Shown here: in pieces, positions 29,495-38,382 of the stretch
Position numbering within the stretch: the stretch's first letter is position 1
Layout of the letters: the number at the start of each line of letters is the position of its first letter
From: Candidatus Dadabacteria bacterium
GTDB lineage: Bacteria > Desulfobacterota_D > UBA1144 > Nemesobacterales > CSP1-2
Direction of reading: 5' to 3'
DNA length: 38,382 bases
NCBI GenBank assembly: GCA_040289575.1
Contig: PSLL01000014.1
Coordinates: 1-38,382 of the forward strand
Notes under the pieces: model-generated
The model's database searches: none
What the model was told of the DNA's origin: nothing
What the model saw: the letters and a program-made list of their open reading frames with translations, nothing else
Program-made: the position numbers and the translations under genes

Positions 29495-29947
29495 TTATCC
29501 AAACAGCCTTATTAGAACCTGTAATATGACGTTTGAATAAACCCCCGCAATAACATCGTCTATTACAACCCCAAATCCACTGGACAGTCGCTCTGCTCTC
29601 CCTGCCGGAGGGGGCTTTATTATATCAAAGAATCTAAATAGAAGGAACCCCATAACTATGTTTCTTAAACTCGGCGGTATGAGAAACATCGTTACTAAGT
29701 ACCCACAGACCTCATCCGCTACAACCTGCCCCGGATCGGTTTTCCCAAATATACACTCCGCTTCAGCCGAGGCCCATATAGAGATAATTGTAAATACGAG
29801 AAAAAACAAGATATAGACCAGTGTAGAGAAATGAGAGAGTAAATAAAAGAGCGCTATTGCTCCAAGAGTTCCTGCAGTCCCCGGTGCAAGAGGCGAGTAT
29901 CCCAGATAAAAAAATGTCGCAATGGCCTGCGCGATCCATCTTTTCAC
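29495..29947 (-). CDS. pgpA: Phosphatidylglycerophosphatase A
   Basis: Motifs APGTAGT, DPGQVVADEVCG, FRFFDIIKP, GVVIDDVIAG. Confidence 0.95.
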   Translation of the reverse strand: MKRWIAQAIATFFYLGYSPLAPGTAGTLGAIALFYLLSHFSTLVYILFFLVFTIISIWASAEAECIFGKTDPGQVVADEVCGYLVTMFLIPPSLRNIVMGFLLFRFFDIIKPPPAGRAERLSSGFGVVIDDVIAGVYSNVILQVLIRLFG

Positions 29948-29950
29948 CTA

Positions 29951-30439
29951 TCAGAGCACTCCTTCAATCTCAAGAAGCTTCTTCTTAATTCGGATTCCAC
30001 ATGAATATCCACCCAAGCCACTTGCTCCAACTACTCTATGACATGGGATGATTATTGGAATTGGATTCGTGCCGACTGCTTTGCCAACAGCCCTCGCAGC
30101 ACTAGGGTTGCCGATTTCCTCTGCAATCTCGCCGTATGTCCTCACACTGCTGTATGGAATCCTTAAAAGCTCCCTCCACACTGAAACTTGAAACGGGGTT
30201 CCAGAAGATAAGTCCAGATCTGATTCAAACTCTTTTAAATCGCCTTCTATATAAAGCTTAATCTCCATCGCAGACTTTTTCGCCCTGCCGCCTTCTGTCA
30301 ACCTGACCCCATTGAGACTATCAACAAACCGCTTGAACCTCTCTTCTCCAAATATGACCCTTGAGACACCCTTATTCGTATTGATAACAAAAACGTTTCC
30401 TAATATAGAGTCAAGATGAAAAAAATTATATGGATTCAT
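29951..30439 (-). CDS. ogt: Methylated-DNA--protein-cysteine methyltransferase
   Basis: Motifs GTPFQ..VW, ARAVG, NPIPIIIPCHRV. The start at 30439 has RBS AAGGAG. Confidence 0.93.
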   Translation of the reverse strand: MNPYNFFHLDSILGNVFVINTNKGVSRVIFGEERFKRFVDSLNGVRLTEGGRAKKSAMEIKLYIEGDLKEFESDLDLSSGTPFQVSVWRELLRIPYSSVRTYGEIAEEIGNPSAARAVGKAVGTNPIPIIIPCHRVVGASGLGGYSCGIRIKKKLLEIEGVL

Positions 30440-30736
30440 AGGTCTTCTCCTTAGATTAATAATTCTCACAAAACCCCACTGGGTTGTCAAGAAACGATCT
30501 GAAAACTGGACACAACTAAGTAAAGATTTTTTCAGCCTCTTCTTTAAAACCTATAGAAGCATATAGCTTTATAATATCCTCTTTATTCATATTCTCCTTT
30601 ATCTCGTAAAAATATGCCCCCATAAGATAGGTCATCACTATTAGCTTCTTTATCTCCACAATGTCTCTTATCCTAAACTCCTCCCACTCCAACACATCCT
30701 TCAAGAATTTAAATACTCCTTCTATCTTGCTCCTTT

Positions 30737-31995
30737 GGGAGTACCAAGAAAAATTGTGTAATAATATCGAGAATGGAGGTGAAAGAGATGAGAAAAAGCG
30801 GGAAAGAAAAGACAGTGTCTGGAATCGAAGAATGTTCTCAGTGGCTTGACAAGATGGTAGATGAAATCTATGAACGCATAGAAAAGGGAAAGCATCCATC
30901 ATTTTCATTTCTTCTTGAGACTCTTCCTAACAAGCTTATGGATAGAGAAAGAGAGCGGTTTTTGGGACTTTCTGAGGACAGTCAAGCCAACGGTTTTTAT
31001 ACGAGGCAACTGAATCTATCTCTAGGGAAACTTAACCTTAGAGTACCGCGTGTGCGTCATGGCAAAGTATTTCGCCCTGCAATTTTACCGGCGCGATGGA
31101 AGAGGGTGGATAAGGACTACGAGCAACTTCTTCTGGCTATGCTTTCAAATGGTTATTCCTAGGCCCAGATGGAAAGGGCGCTTAAGACCTTAGGACTGCC
31201 TATGTCGTTTGAAGCCCTGGAAGATGCAAAAGCTCTTATTCGGGATCAACTAAGTTTTTACAAGACTCAATCGCTTGGGGGAGATTGGTTTGCAATATTT
31301 GTGGATGCGTTTGTGGGTAATGGGAAGATGCAGAACATTGCTCTTTTTGTAGCAGTTGGTGTAGATCTAGACGGGAGAAAACAGATTTTAGGGTTTTGGG
31401 TGGAAGTGTTTCAAGACCTGGTTAATCGTGGGGTTCACAGGGTTTTGATCTTTGTTACAGATGATTTTCCCGGTCTGCACGAGGTAATCCTTAAGGTGTT
31501 TCCCTACAGTGAGCATCAGCTTTGTCTTTTACATCTGGAGAGGAATCTACGCCGTGGTTTGAGCAAGGATGGATATAAGAGGGTAAGGAACGCACAGAAC
31601 AAGGATGAGGGAGAGTCGGAATTTGAGAGGATATGTGAGATTATCGGAGAGGAAAAGCCTAAGTTAGCCTCTGTATTCAAAGAAAAATGTGGTCAGTACC
31701 TTGCGTTCTTAGGTTATCCGGAAGAGGTGAGAAAGCACGTTTATACAACTAATCCAGTAGAAAGTGTAAATGCGGGAATAGAACTTATGAGATTAGAGTT
31801 GGGGAGGATACTTCCCTTCATCGGATTGTCTTGAGGTAAATCTTTTTATTCAGGTTGTAAATCTTCAAGACAAGTGGTGGCAGAAGCCTGTGCCCGCTGT
31901 TGCCGGTTGCAACTCCAAGCTAAGACAGCTCTTTGCCTTGCGCTATGAATTGACAGAAGACCAGGAGGTGCTACACAATTTTTAGGGTAAGTCTC
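30737..31995 (+). mobile_element. IS256-family insertion sequence (defective)
   Basis: 24-bp imperfect TIRs GGGAGTACCAAGAAAAATTGTGTA / TACACAATTTTTAGGGTAAGTCTC; 1259 bp. Confidence 0.88.
30788..31985 (+). pseudogene. IS256 (Mutator-type) transposase pseudogene
   Basis: Motifs NGFYTR..GKLNLRVPRVR, FVDA, FVTDDFPG, QLCLLH, YTTNPVES. Premature TAG at 31160-62, extra G near 31803, apparent short internal deletions. Ends LHNF* inside the right TIR. Confidence 0.9.
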
Positions 31996-32211
31996 TGTAT
32001 CCTCTTCTGTCTTGCTCATAGAATAGATTCGATTACTCCCTTCTTTTCTCATTCCATTAACCACACCAATCAACTTTTTTATTCCTCTTGTCTTTTATTC
32101 TTAAACCCTCAAGATATGTTTCTATGTCCATTGCTTTCCTCCTTTGGTAATTGTTAGACATTATACTAATACATCTTATTAAGATCTATCCAGTTTTCAG
32201 GAGAGAATAAA

Positions 32212-32241
32212 TTGACAAAGACAAGACAGATTTGATACACT
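32212..32241 (+). promoter_or_regulatory. Putative sigma70 promoter for the NYN gene
   Basis: TTGACA-N18-TACACT with TG extension. Confidence 0.5.
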
Positions 32242-32273
32242 TTTCTCATAAGACAACAAAACAGTGATGTGAG

Positions 32274-32999
32274 ATGAATGACAACACATCTAAAATAGCC
32301 GTCCTCATTGACGGGGAAAACGCACAGCCCAATCTACTCGGACACATTCTAAGCGAGGTTGCCAAACAGGGGATTGTTACTATAAGGAGAATCTACGGGG
32401 ATTGGACAAGTCCACATATGAACGGATGGAAAAAGGAGCTTCACATACATGCGGTCCAACCCATACAACAGTTCAAATACACTACGGGCAAAAATTCTAC
32501 CGATAGCGCCCTGATCATTGACGCTATGGATATCCTGCATGGAGGGGTGGTAAACGGCTTTTGCATTGTCTCAAGTGATGGCGACTACACAAGACTGGCA
32601 ACGAGACTGAGGGAGTCGGGCGTTTTTGTGATGGGCATTGGACAGAAGAAGACTCCTCAACCCTTTGTCAAAGCCTGCGAGCTGTTTGTATATACAGAGA
32701 ATTTAATTGACAGAGCCGAACCTTCATCCGACGAATCAAAGAGAAACCTAAATAGAACAGAGGCGGCAAGGACTGAATTGATTGATTTACTCAAAGAGGC
32801 ATTCAATATGGTCGTTCAAGAGGATGAACTGGCATACCTGGGCAAGATAGGGGAAGCGTTGAGAAAATTAGACCCCAGCTTTGATACAAGAACATACGGA
32901 TTTAAAACCATGACTCCCCTATTTAGGTCTCTATCCGATCACTTTGAAATTGTTACAAGGGATTCGGGACAATCGGTTTATATAAAATTAAAGGGTTAG
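32274..32999 (+). CDS. NYN (LabA/DUF88) domain protein with C-terminal OST-HTH/LOTUS domain
   Basis: Motifs IAVLIDGEN, RRIYGDW, GKNSTDSALIIDAMD, IVSSDGDYTRL, DPSFDTRTYGFK. Confidence 0.92.
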   Translation: MNDNTSKIAVLIDGENAQPNLLGHILSEVAKQGIVTIRRIYGDWTSPHMNGWKKELHIHAVQPIQQFKYTTGKNSTDSALIIDAMDILHGGVVNGFCIVSSDGDYTRLATRLRESGVFVMGIGQKKTPQPFVKACELFVYTENLIDRAEPSSDESKRNLNRTEAARTELIDLLKEAFNMVVQEDELAYLGKIGEALRKLDPSFDTRTYGFKTMTPLFRSLSDHFEIVTRDSGQSVYIKLKG

Positions 33000-33016
33000 A
33001 AGTGATTCCAAATCAC

Positions 33017-33448
33017 CTACTGGAGCGGCTCGTCGTTAAGGCTTATGGTACCATTCACATTGATTGGCCTTTGCAGTGTATCCAGTAGAGGACAATGGGC
33101 ATTTACCACATCTACCAACTCTTTTATCCGACTTTGGTCGGCGGGACTTTTTATATCCGCTTCGTAATCAACTTTAAGAAAGCCAGATGGTACTTGAGCA
33201 ATATCGAATAATCCCCTTGCATCAATACACCCTCTTACATTTATCTTCACTGAATCCAATGGAATTCCCATACCAGCCGCATACATGGCATATACTATCT
33301 CCTGACACGTTCCTAAAGCGGCAAGCACTATCTCCAGCGGATTGGGTCCACTGTCCGTACCCCCCATTCCCGGCTTTTCATCTATATCGAGTGTAAATTG
33401 ACGAATCTGAGCCTTTGTTAAATAGCCGTTAACCAGCTCTGTGTCCAC
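33017..33448 (-). CDS. OsmC/Ohr-family protein (5' region damaged)
   Basis: Motifs DEKPGMGGTDSGPNPLE..ALGTCQ and HCPLLD. The frame continues upstream of an in-frame TAG (33473-75). GTG at 33448 has AGGGAG 6 nt upstream. Confidence 0.8.
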   Translation of the reverse strand: MDTELVNGYLTKAQIRQFTLDIDEKPGMGGTDSGPNPLEIVLAALGTCQEIVYAMYAAGMGIPLDSVKINVRGCIDARGLFDIAQVPSGFLKVDYEADIKSPADQSRIKELVDVVNAHCPLLDTLQRPINVNGTISLNDEPLQ

Positions 33449-33642
33449 ACTAAACTCCCTTATAGCTGGCTCCTAGGAAACCCTTTTGAGCCTTTCGACA
33501 ATCTCGTTTAGCTTTTCCGCAAGGACACTGCTTCTTGATTCATTTCCGACAGCCTTTGAGGTCTCTATTGGAAATGTAGCTTACCCCCTTTTCAAAAAAT
33601 TAATTAGAGCGACCAACATTCATTAAGAAGCCATCCCAAAGG

Positions 33643-33768
33643 CTAGGGATTGATAATATAATAAACGCCGGCAACAACAATAAAGATGATGCCGACAACA
33701 ATTAAGAATCCCAGAATATTAATCATCAATCTTGGTAAACCTGTTTCTTTTTCATCCTTGCCTGTCAT
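33643..33768 (-). CDS. 41-aa single-pass membrane protein (below the ORF-track cutoff)
   Basis: RBS GGAGGT; translation MTGKDEKETGLPRLMINILGFLIVVGIIFIVVAGVYYIINP*. Confidence 0.6.
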   Translation of the reverse strand: MTGKDEKETGLPRLMINILGFLIVVGIIFIVVAGVYYIINP

Positions 33769-33825
33769 CTACTTACCTCCTTGTTCCAAAATTTCAAGTA
33801 AAATTTGTTCAAACCGGGATCCTAA

Positions 33826-35130
33826 TTAATCAAATAGATTTTTAAGCTCCGGATGCCAGAGTTTGAAGTGGTTTTTATGAATCTCAGTGTATGCTCCTTC
33901 CGTGTAGTGCTTATCGTAGAATTCCAGATCAAGGTGATGGGCCTGAAAAACGAGCCTTACAAACATCGGATCAAGGAATGCGGGAAATCTCCCATAGTTC
34001 TCATAAACATATTTACAGAAATCCTTTACAATCTGTATTCTCTCCTCAGAAGGATGGTACTCATCCTCAAGCACTCCCCGGGGATTTCGATACGGATAAG
34101 GATTTTCGTCTTTCCAGAAGTCTCCTCTCATCTTGAGGAATTTGTCCACTGCTTCGCCCATATCCCTGACATAAGGCGGACATAAGGCCTCAAAAATGCC
34201 ATCGCGCCCTACGGGAACTGGATTGAGTATAGTTCTTAAGCCCTTCTCAGGCGTTATGAATCTAAATCCCAGCCCCTTATAAGACGGGTTCACACCAAGG
34301 GCATAATGCGGAAGAAGCCCTGTAAAAGCCCATCCGCCAAGACCCAGTGCCTGAAGCGCGAGGTTCATATTCTGACAAATAAATGCCTGCTCAACGTTTA
34401 GTGTTGTCAGAACCCGAATCTCGAGGTCAAAAAGGGACATTCTCACATCGTTTTTTATGTAGCCCTTCTTAATCCACTTATCCAGACCGCATGACCTTCC
34501 GCCGTTTAACTCATCAATAATATTGAATCCATATTTTGAACCAAAGTATATAAAAAGGAGAATCATGTATTCAACGGTCGTGTTTGTAACAGGAACGAAA
34601 AAAGTCGTCCCCGGCATATTCGTATTCCAGGCATTGAAATCAAAAATCCCCGGCTCGCCCTTAGGCAGATTCGCCCTCCCATCCTGGATCTTTACTAAAC
34701 TCCTTCTAAAAAGATGAATCACCTTCTCCAATTTTTCCTCTTCTGACTTGCCAGGGAAAATCGCGGTCTCTCCATGCTCAGGCATTAGATTAAATAGTCT
34801 TACCATATATACACCCTTGTCGTTTGTATAGAAGAGCTCGGTTGAGTGCGAGTTGCATGAGCACGGCCATGAGCGGCCAGTCCACTGAAAGAGCCAAGAG
34901 ATTCCGGTTCTTGGAAGGTCGCCGAGTGAAAGTCCCGTAACCCCGGTTCCGGCCCATATCAGGAATGCCTCTTCTAATTCTGTAAGCGGCACCGGCTCAA
35001 ATCTGGATTTATATTTCAATGCGCCCTCTTTTATCTCCATCCCCAGACCAAACCTTCTCGAGCGTCTTGTAAATATGGAATCAAGGAGACCGAAGTTTAA
35101 TGCAACATCTAGCCCTTCTGGGATATTCAT
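33826..35130 (-). CDS. Uncharacterised 434-aa nitroreductase/SagB-like fold protein
   Basis: Start moved to 35130 (RBS GGAGGAG). FMN-binding-like TRRSRRF, GRSWPCSCNSHSTELFY, and ICQNMNLALQALGLGGW helix typical of the nitroreductase superfamily. Confidence 0.7.
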   Translation of the reverse strand: MNIPEGLDVALNFGLLDSIFTRRSRRFGLGMEIKEGALKYKSRFEPVPLTELEEAFLIWAGTGVTGLSLGDLPRTGISWLFQWTGRSWPCSCNSHSTELFYTNDKGVYMVRLFNLMPEHGETAIFPGKSEEEKLEKVIHLFRRSLVKIQDGRANLPKGEPGIFDFNAWNTNMPGTTFFVPVTNTTVEYMILLFIYFGSKYGFNIIDELNGGRSCGLDKWIKKGYIKNDVRMSLFDLEIRVLTTLNVEQAFICQNMNLALQALGLGGWAFTGLLPHYALGVNPSYKGLGFRFITPEKGLRTILNPVPVGRDGIFEALCPPYVRDMGEAVDKFLKMRGDFWKDENPYPYRNPRGVLEDEYHPSEERIQIVKDFCKYVYENYGRFPAFLDPMFVRLVFQAHHLDLEFYDKHYTEGAYTEIHKNHFKLWHPELKNLFD

Positions 35131-35219
35131 GACCCTCTCCTCCTGCTTTTGATATAATTGTATACAATAGGATGTGTGATTAAAACCCTTTGGATTTTGA
35201 AAAAAATGACCGACTGAAA

Positions 35220-35248
35220 TTGACATATACGATAAAGTATCGTATAGT
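35220..35248 (+). promoter_or_regulatory. vapBC promoter with overlapping palindromic operator
   Basis: TTGACA-N17-TATAGT; perfect inverted repeat TATACGATA-aag-TATCGTATA at 35226-35246. Confidence 0.8.
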
Positions 35249-35254
35249 AGCTCT

Positions 35255-35476
35255 ATGAAAGTAACTGCGCTGATACCTGACGAATTAGTAGAGGAAGTAA
35301 AGAGATACTCTAAAGGGAAAAATATAACGGAGTCGTTAATTAGAGCCTTAGAAGAATGGTTGGCTTTAGAAAAAATAAAGGAGTTGAATGAAAAAGTGGA
35401 TGCCAATCCACTAAAATTTCAGAAAGGATTTACTGGAGAAAAGATAAGGAAGATAAACAGAAGGAAGAGATGGTGA
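35255..35476 (+). CDS. Type II antitoxin (VapB/DUF2191-like, RHH)
   Basis: MKVTALIPDELVEEVKRYS..NITESLIRALEEW; overlaps the PIN gene start. Confidence 0.8.
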   Translation: MKVTALIPDELVEEVKRYSKGKNITESLIRALEEWLALEKIKELNEKVDANPLKFQKGFTGEKIRKINRRKRW

Positions 35477-35847
35477 TTCCTGACACCGCGATTTGGATAG
35501 ACTTTTTTAGAAAAAAACCAAATGTATTTCAAAAAATGAGAGAATTATTAGAAAATAGAGCTATCTTAGCAGTAGAGTGTATCTTCGGAGAATTGTTGCA
35601 GGGTTGCAAAGACAAAGAAGAGATTGTTGTGATTAAAAGTTATTGGCAAAACCTGCCAAAGGTAGATCAGTATAATTCCTTTATAGAAGCCGGAGAAACT
35701 TCGGCTACAGAGAAGTTCTTATCTAAAGGCATAGGCTTGATTGATGCCGTTCTAATAATTAGCTTACGAAGAACTAAATCGAAGATTTGGACGTTGGATA
35801 AAAAGCTACTATCTGTATTGAGTAAAGAAGAGATTTATAGTCCATAA
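35470..35847 (+). CDS. vapC: PIN-domain toxin VapC
   Basis: Acidic PIN residues in DTAIWIDFF, GELLQG, LIDA, IWTLDKKL. Confidence 0.88.
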   Translation: MVIPDTAIWIDFFRKKPNVFQKMRELLENRAILAVECIFGELLQGCKDKEEIVVIKSYWQNLPKVDQYNSFIEAGETSATEKFLSKGIGLIDAVLIISLRRTKSKIWTLDKKLLSVLSKEEIYSP

Positions 35848-37115
35848 TGCGACTTTTCAAAACATTTCTTCTCAGGCTGAAGAGGCACTATTTTAAGGAC
35901 AATCCTTGTGATTGTCCCCGGCAAATTCATCGGAGGCGCACACTGTTCAATTGGCCCGCCATAGATATAGGTTTGCTATTACAAGTGCTAATCTGGATTA
36001 TGTATTTTCCTATGTTACTTTTTTCCCCTCTAGAAACGTTTGGAGAAACACAAACGCCCACAGATACCGATGAAACAAGCAAAGAAATTGAAAGGCTAAA
36101 ATCCGAAATTCGGGAAATGAAGGAAGAATACGAAAAGAAGATCGATGAATTAAATAGGCACATTGAGGAAATCGAGTTAAAAAACAGAAAGAATATGTGG
36201 AACCAAGTAAGTCGCCGGAGGAGATAAAAGAGGCTCCGGCAGTGTAGAGCTTCTCGATTATACTATTGACGCAAATAGGATAGATCAGGCGGTTCCGAGA
36301 TTGGGGCAGTACAGGGTTCCATTTAATAGAGAAGAGCTAACCGACCCTTTTAATCTCCAACTTGTGGATACGTCAATCCTAAATTGGGAGTTTAGTTTCG
36401 GCCGCGATATTGGCACTTCGGTAGGCGGGGTTGTAAGTAGATTCATCACATACAGCATCGGCGTATTCAACAGTAATGGGAGAAATTCCGTAAACGTAGA
36501 TTCAAATCTACTCTATGTCGGGAGGGTCATGTTCACCCTAACCGGAGAACCGAGAGATATTCCTCAATCCAACCCTTTCCAGTTTCGGGAGACTATACGT
36601 ATTCCCAAGGAACATTTGGAAATCCACAGATCCCGCTTATAGCCATAAGCGCGGCCCTCGCATATCTTCCTAATTTTAGACCCGCAAATAAGAGTCCCGA
36701 TAACTCTGTTATTATTGACAGGGTAACCGCATTAGGCTCAAATGAAGCCGATATTTTTCAACTCTCTGCCGACATTGCAATTAAATACCTCATATTTTCT
36801 CTTGAGGCTGAATATGACCTCAGAAACATAAATCCGCATGAGTCAAATATAGAGAGCGTTCTTTCACAGGGATTCAGGATTCAATCCGGCGTATTTCTAC
36901 TTCCACAATTGATCGAGGTTGCGGGAAGATTCGTTTTTATAGACCTCAACAACCACTCAGGCAATAACAGGATATGGGAGATTACGCCGGGGCTAAATTT
37001 CTATTTCACAAAGAACCACAACCTGAAGCTACAGTTTGATTACTCATTTATTAGAAATGAGTTCCCGGGTAGGGATACAAACAGATTTAGAACTCAGTTC
37101 ACTGTGAGTTTTTAG
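35847..37115 (+). pseudogene. OprO/OprP-like outer-membrane porin, internally deleted and frameshifted
   Basis: Hydrophobic signal plus coiled coil, then LGQYRVPFNREEL, GRDIG, IGVFN, YVGRV, EITPGLNFYF..LKLQFDY and C-terminal QFTVSF. Breaks near 36200-36240 and 36578. Start uncertain. Confidence 0.75.
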
Positions 37116-37150
37116 GATGTAGAATATCTCATACACATAGGGCTGTGTAT

Positions 37151-37850
37151 ATGAAAAAGCGGATTAGTATTTTAATATGTCTAGCCTTTATTCTCGGTTC
37201 TCCTTTAAGGGCATATTCGCATGATGAAAGCCCCGATAAGAATTACGGTAGAGTAAGCGGAACCGTAAGGGTTCTCGAAAAGAGGTTTATGGGAGGGTTT
37301 AAAGAGAAAGGCGATATGAGCGGCGCCATCGTGTATATTACGGGGTTTAAAAATGAGTCTCCGAAAGAGGTTCGAAACTTAGTTCAGGAAAACAAGAACT
37401 TCCATCCAATGGTACTCCCCATAGTTGCCGGACAAACTGTGAGATTTCCAAACCATGACAACATATACCATAATGTCTTTTCCGTATCGCCTATTAAATC
37501 CTTTGACCTAGGCCAGTATAAATCAAGTGATCCACCAAAAGACATCACATTCGATAGGCCCGGTCTTGTGCCGGTTTTCTGTAACATCCACCCGCAGATG
37601 ATCTCTTTCGTAGTCGTTCTTGAAAATAGGGCATTCGCAGAGACGGGAAAGGACGGAAGATTTACCATATCCAATGTCTCTCCTGGGAAATACACGATAA
37701 ACGCATGGAAACCCAAGGCCCATAAGCGCTGAGGTTGAGGTTCTTCCGGGACAAGAGACAGTAGTAAATCTCGAACTAAAAGAGACAGAAAAGATACCAC
37801 CCCACAAGAGAAAAGACGGCTCCGCCTATCCTCAGAATGAGGACGACTAA
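37151..37850 (+). pseudogene. Exported cupredoxin-domain plus beta-sandwich protein, frameshift near the C-terminus
   Basis: Signal peptide; FPNHDNIYHNVFS..FCNIHPQM (type-1 Cu ligands H, C, H, M); DGRFTISNVSPGKYTINAW. Stop at 37732, but a shifted frame continues EVEVLPGQETVVNLEL..HKRKDGSAY to 37850. Confidence 0.75.
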
Positions 37851-37870
37851 AGGTCTTAAAACTAGGGATT

Positions 37871-38382
37871 ATGAAGAACAATAACATGGATAGAGAGAAA
37901 TTTGAGTTGGGACTCAGAGCCTTAGAAGGAGCCGAGTTTAATGAAGCGATAGAGATCTTCGGCGAAATCGCAGTCAACAACCCAGACATATATGAAGTAT
38001 GGATAAATCTCGGCATCTGCTACCTTGAGACCGCAAGACCCGATCTCGCTGTTGAGGCCTTCGAGAGGACGGTTAAATCCGATTCTAGCCGAGCCGATGG
38101 TTTCTATCTCCTCGGCACCGTGATGGGGGCATCTGGCAATATAGACAAAGCCGCTGAGTGCTACAGGCGGGTACTCGAAATTAAGCCGCGTCATCAAAAG
38201 GCAGAGGAGTTTCTCTCAAAAGCAAATGCGCTCATTGAAAGTAGAGAACACTACAGAAGAGCATTGAACATACTGAGCCGTAAAGATAAACCGAGCAACC
38301 CAATTAACCTTGCAATTGCCGAGCTGCTTCGGTCGGTAGCGATTTTTCACAACTCTTCATTGGGAATTGCCTTTTTTAAAGT
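37871..38382 (+). CDS. TPR-repeat protein (runs off the window)
   Basis: Open frame from ATG 37871 with WINLGICY..AVEAFERTV and FYLLGTV..GNIDKAAECYRRVLEIKP. Confidence 0.85.
   Translation, partial: MKNNNMDREKFELGLRALEGAEFNEAIEIFGEIAVNNPDIYEVWINLGICYLETARPDLAVEAFERTVKSDSSRADGFYLLGTVMGASGNIDKAAECYRRVLEIKPRHQKAEEFLSKANALIESREHYRRALNILSRKDKPSNPINLAIAELLRSVAIFHNSSLGIAFFK

Larger units (their letters stand above)
30499..32200 (-). mobile_element. Internally deleted IS4-like element, interrupted by IS256
   Basis: TIRs CTGAAAACTGGACACA (30499-30514) and TCTATCCAGTTTTCAG (32185-32200) match 14/16. Transposase N-terminus MDIETYLEGLRIKDKRNKK.. starts at 32131 with RBS AAGGAGG. C-terminus RSKIEGVFKFLK (R-3-E-6-K) lies at 30516-30736. 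Confidence 0.7.

Noticed and set aside
30516..30908. 130-aa ORF as a real gene
   Set aside because: It is a chimera of antisense IS256 sequence and the outer transposase C-terminus across the TIR at 30737.
32274..32999. NYN protein as a novel defence system
   Set aside because: It is a common stand-alone NYN plus OST-HTH architecture with no partner genes. IS proximity alone is insufficient evidence.
31160..33475. Amber read-through or pyrrolysine recoding at in-frame TAGs (IS256, OsmC)
   Set aside because: TAG is a true stop in recA and pilT, there are no pyl genes in the window, and both loci have other damage.
35131..35406. 92-aa N-terminal extension of the 526-aa ORF
   Set aside because: It overlaps the antitoxin gene and its promoter. 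A strong RBS supports the start at 35130.

Overview
This is a bacterial chromosomal window of moderately low GC. The gene content (tolB, porin, PilT-family ATPase next to cinA-recA) suggests a Gram-negative, Deltaproteobacteria/Desulfobacterota-like organism, but the taxonomy is only inferred. Layout from left to right: (1) an MFS transporter and a tRNA-Lys/tRNA-Glu pair; (2) a decayed accessory patch with integrase and RelE scraps, a GAF-EAL pseudogene, a GGQ release-factor-like pseudogene and a DUF3568-like pseudogene; (3) an intact cluster of four exported proteins of unknown function; (4) a class-III aminotransferase and two hypothetical genes; (5) an ethylmalonyl-CoA-pathway cluster with frameshifted ccr, a short Mcd-like acyl-CoA dehydrogenase, a CitE/Mcl-family lyase and ecm, with toxin-antitoxin debris between the lyase and ecm; (6) a triply frameshifted tolB; (7) about 13 kb of intact minus-strand housekeeping genes (ogt, pgpA, cinA, recA, pilT, tsaB, DUF465, ilvBNC, psd, pssA, M16 peptidase); (8) an IS256 nested in an internally deleted IS4-like element; (9) a NYN protein, OsmC, a small membrane protein and a nitroreductase-fold protein; (10) vapBC; (11) a damaged porin and cupredoxin gene followed by a TPR gene. 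No CRISPR array or rRNA was seen. I found no unambiguous new system. The best candidates are the variant ethylmalonyl-CoA module, the uncharacterised secreted-protein cluster, the HWYEA/ESGEDYLY module among TA debris, and a recurring pattern of internally collapsed pseudogenes. Family names come from motif recall, not from database searches.
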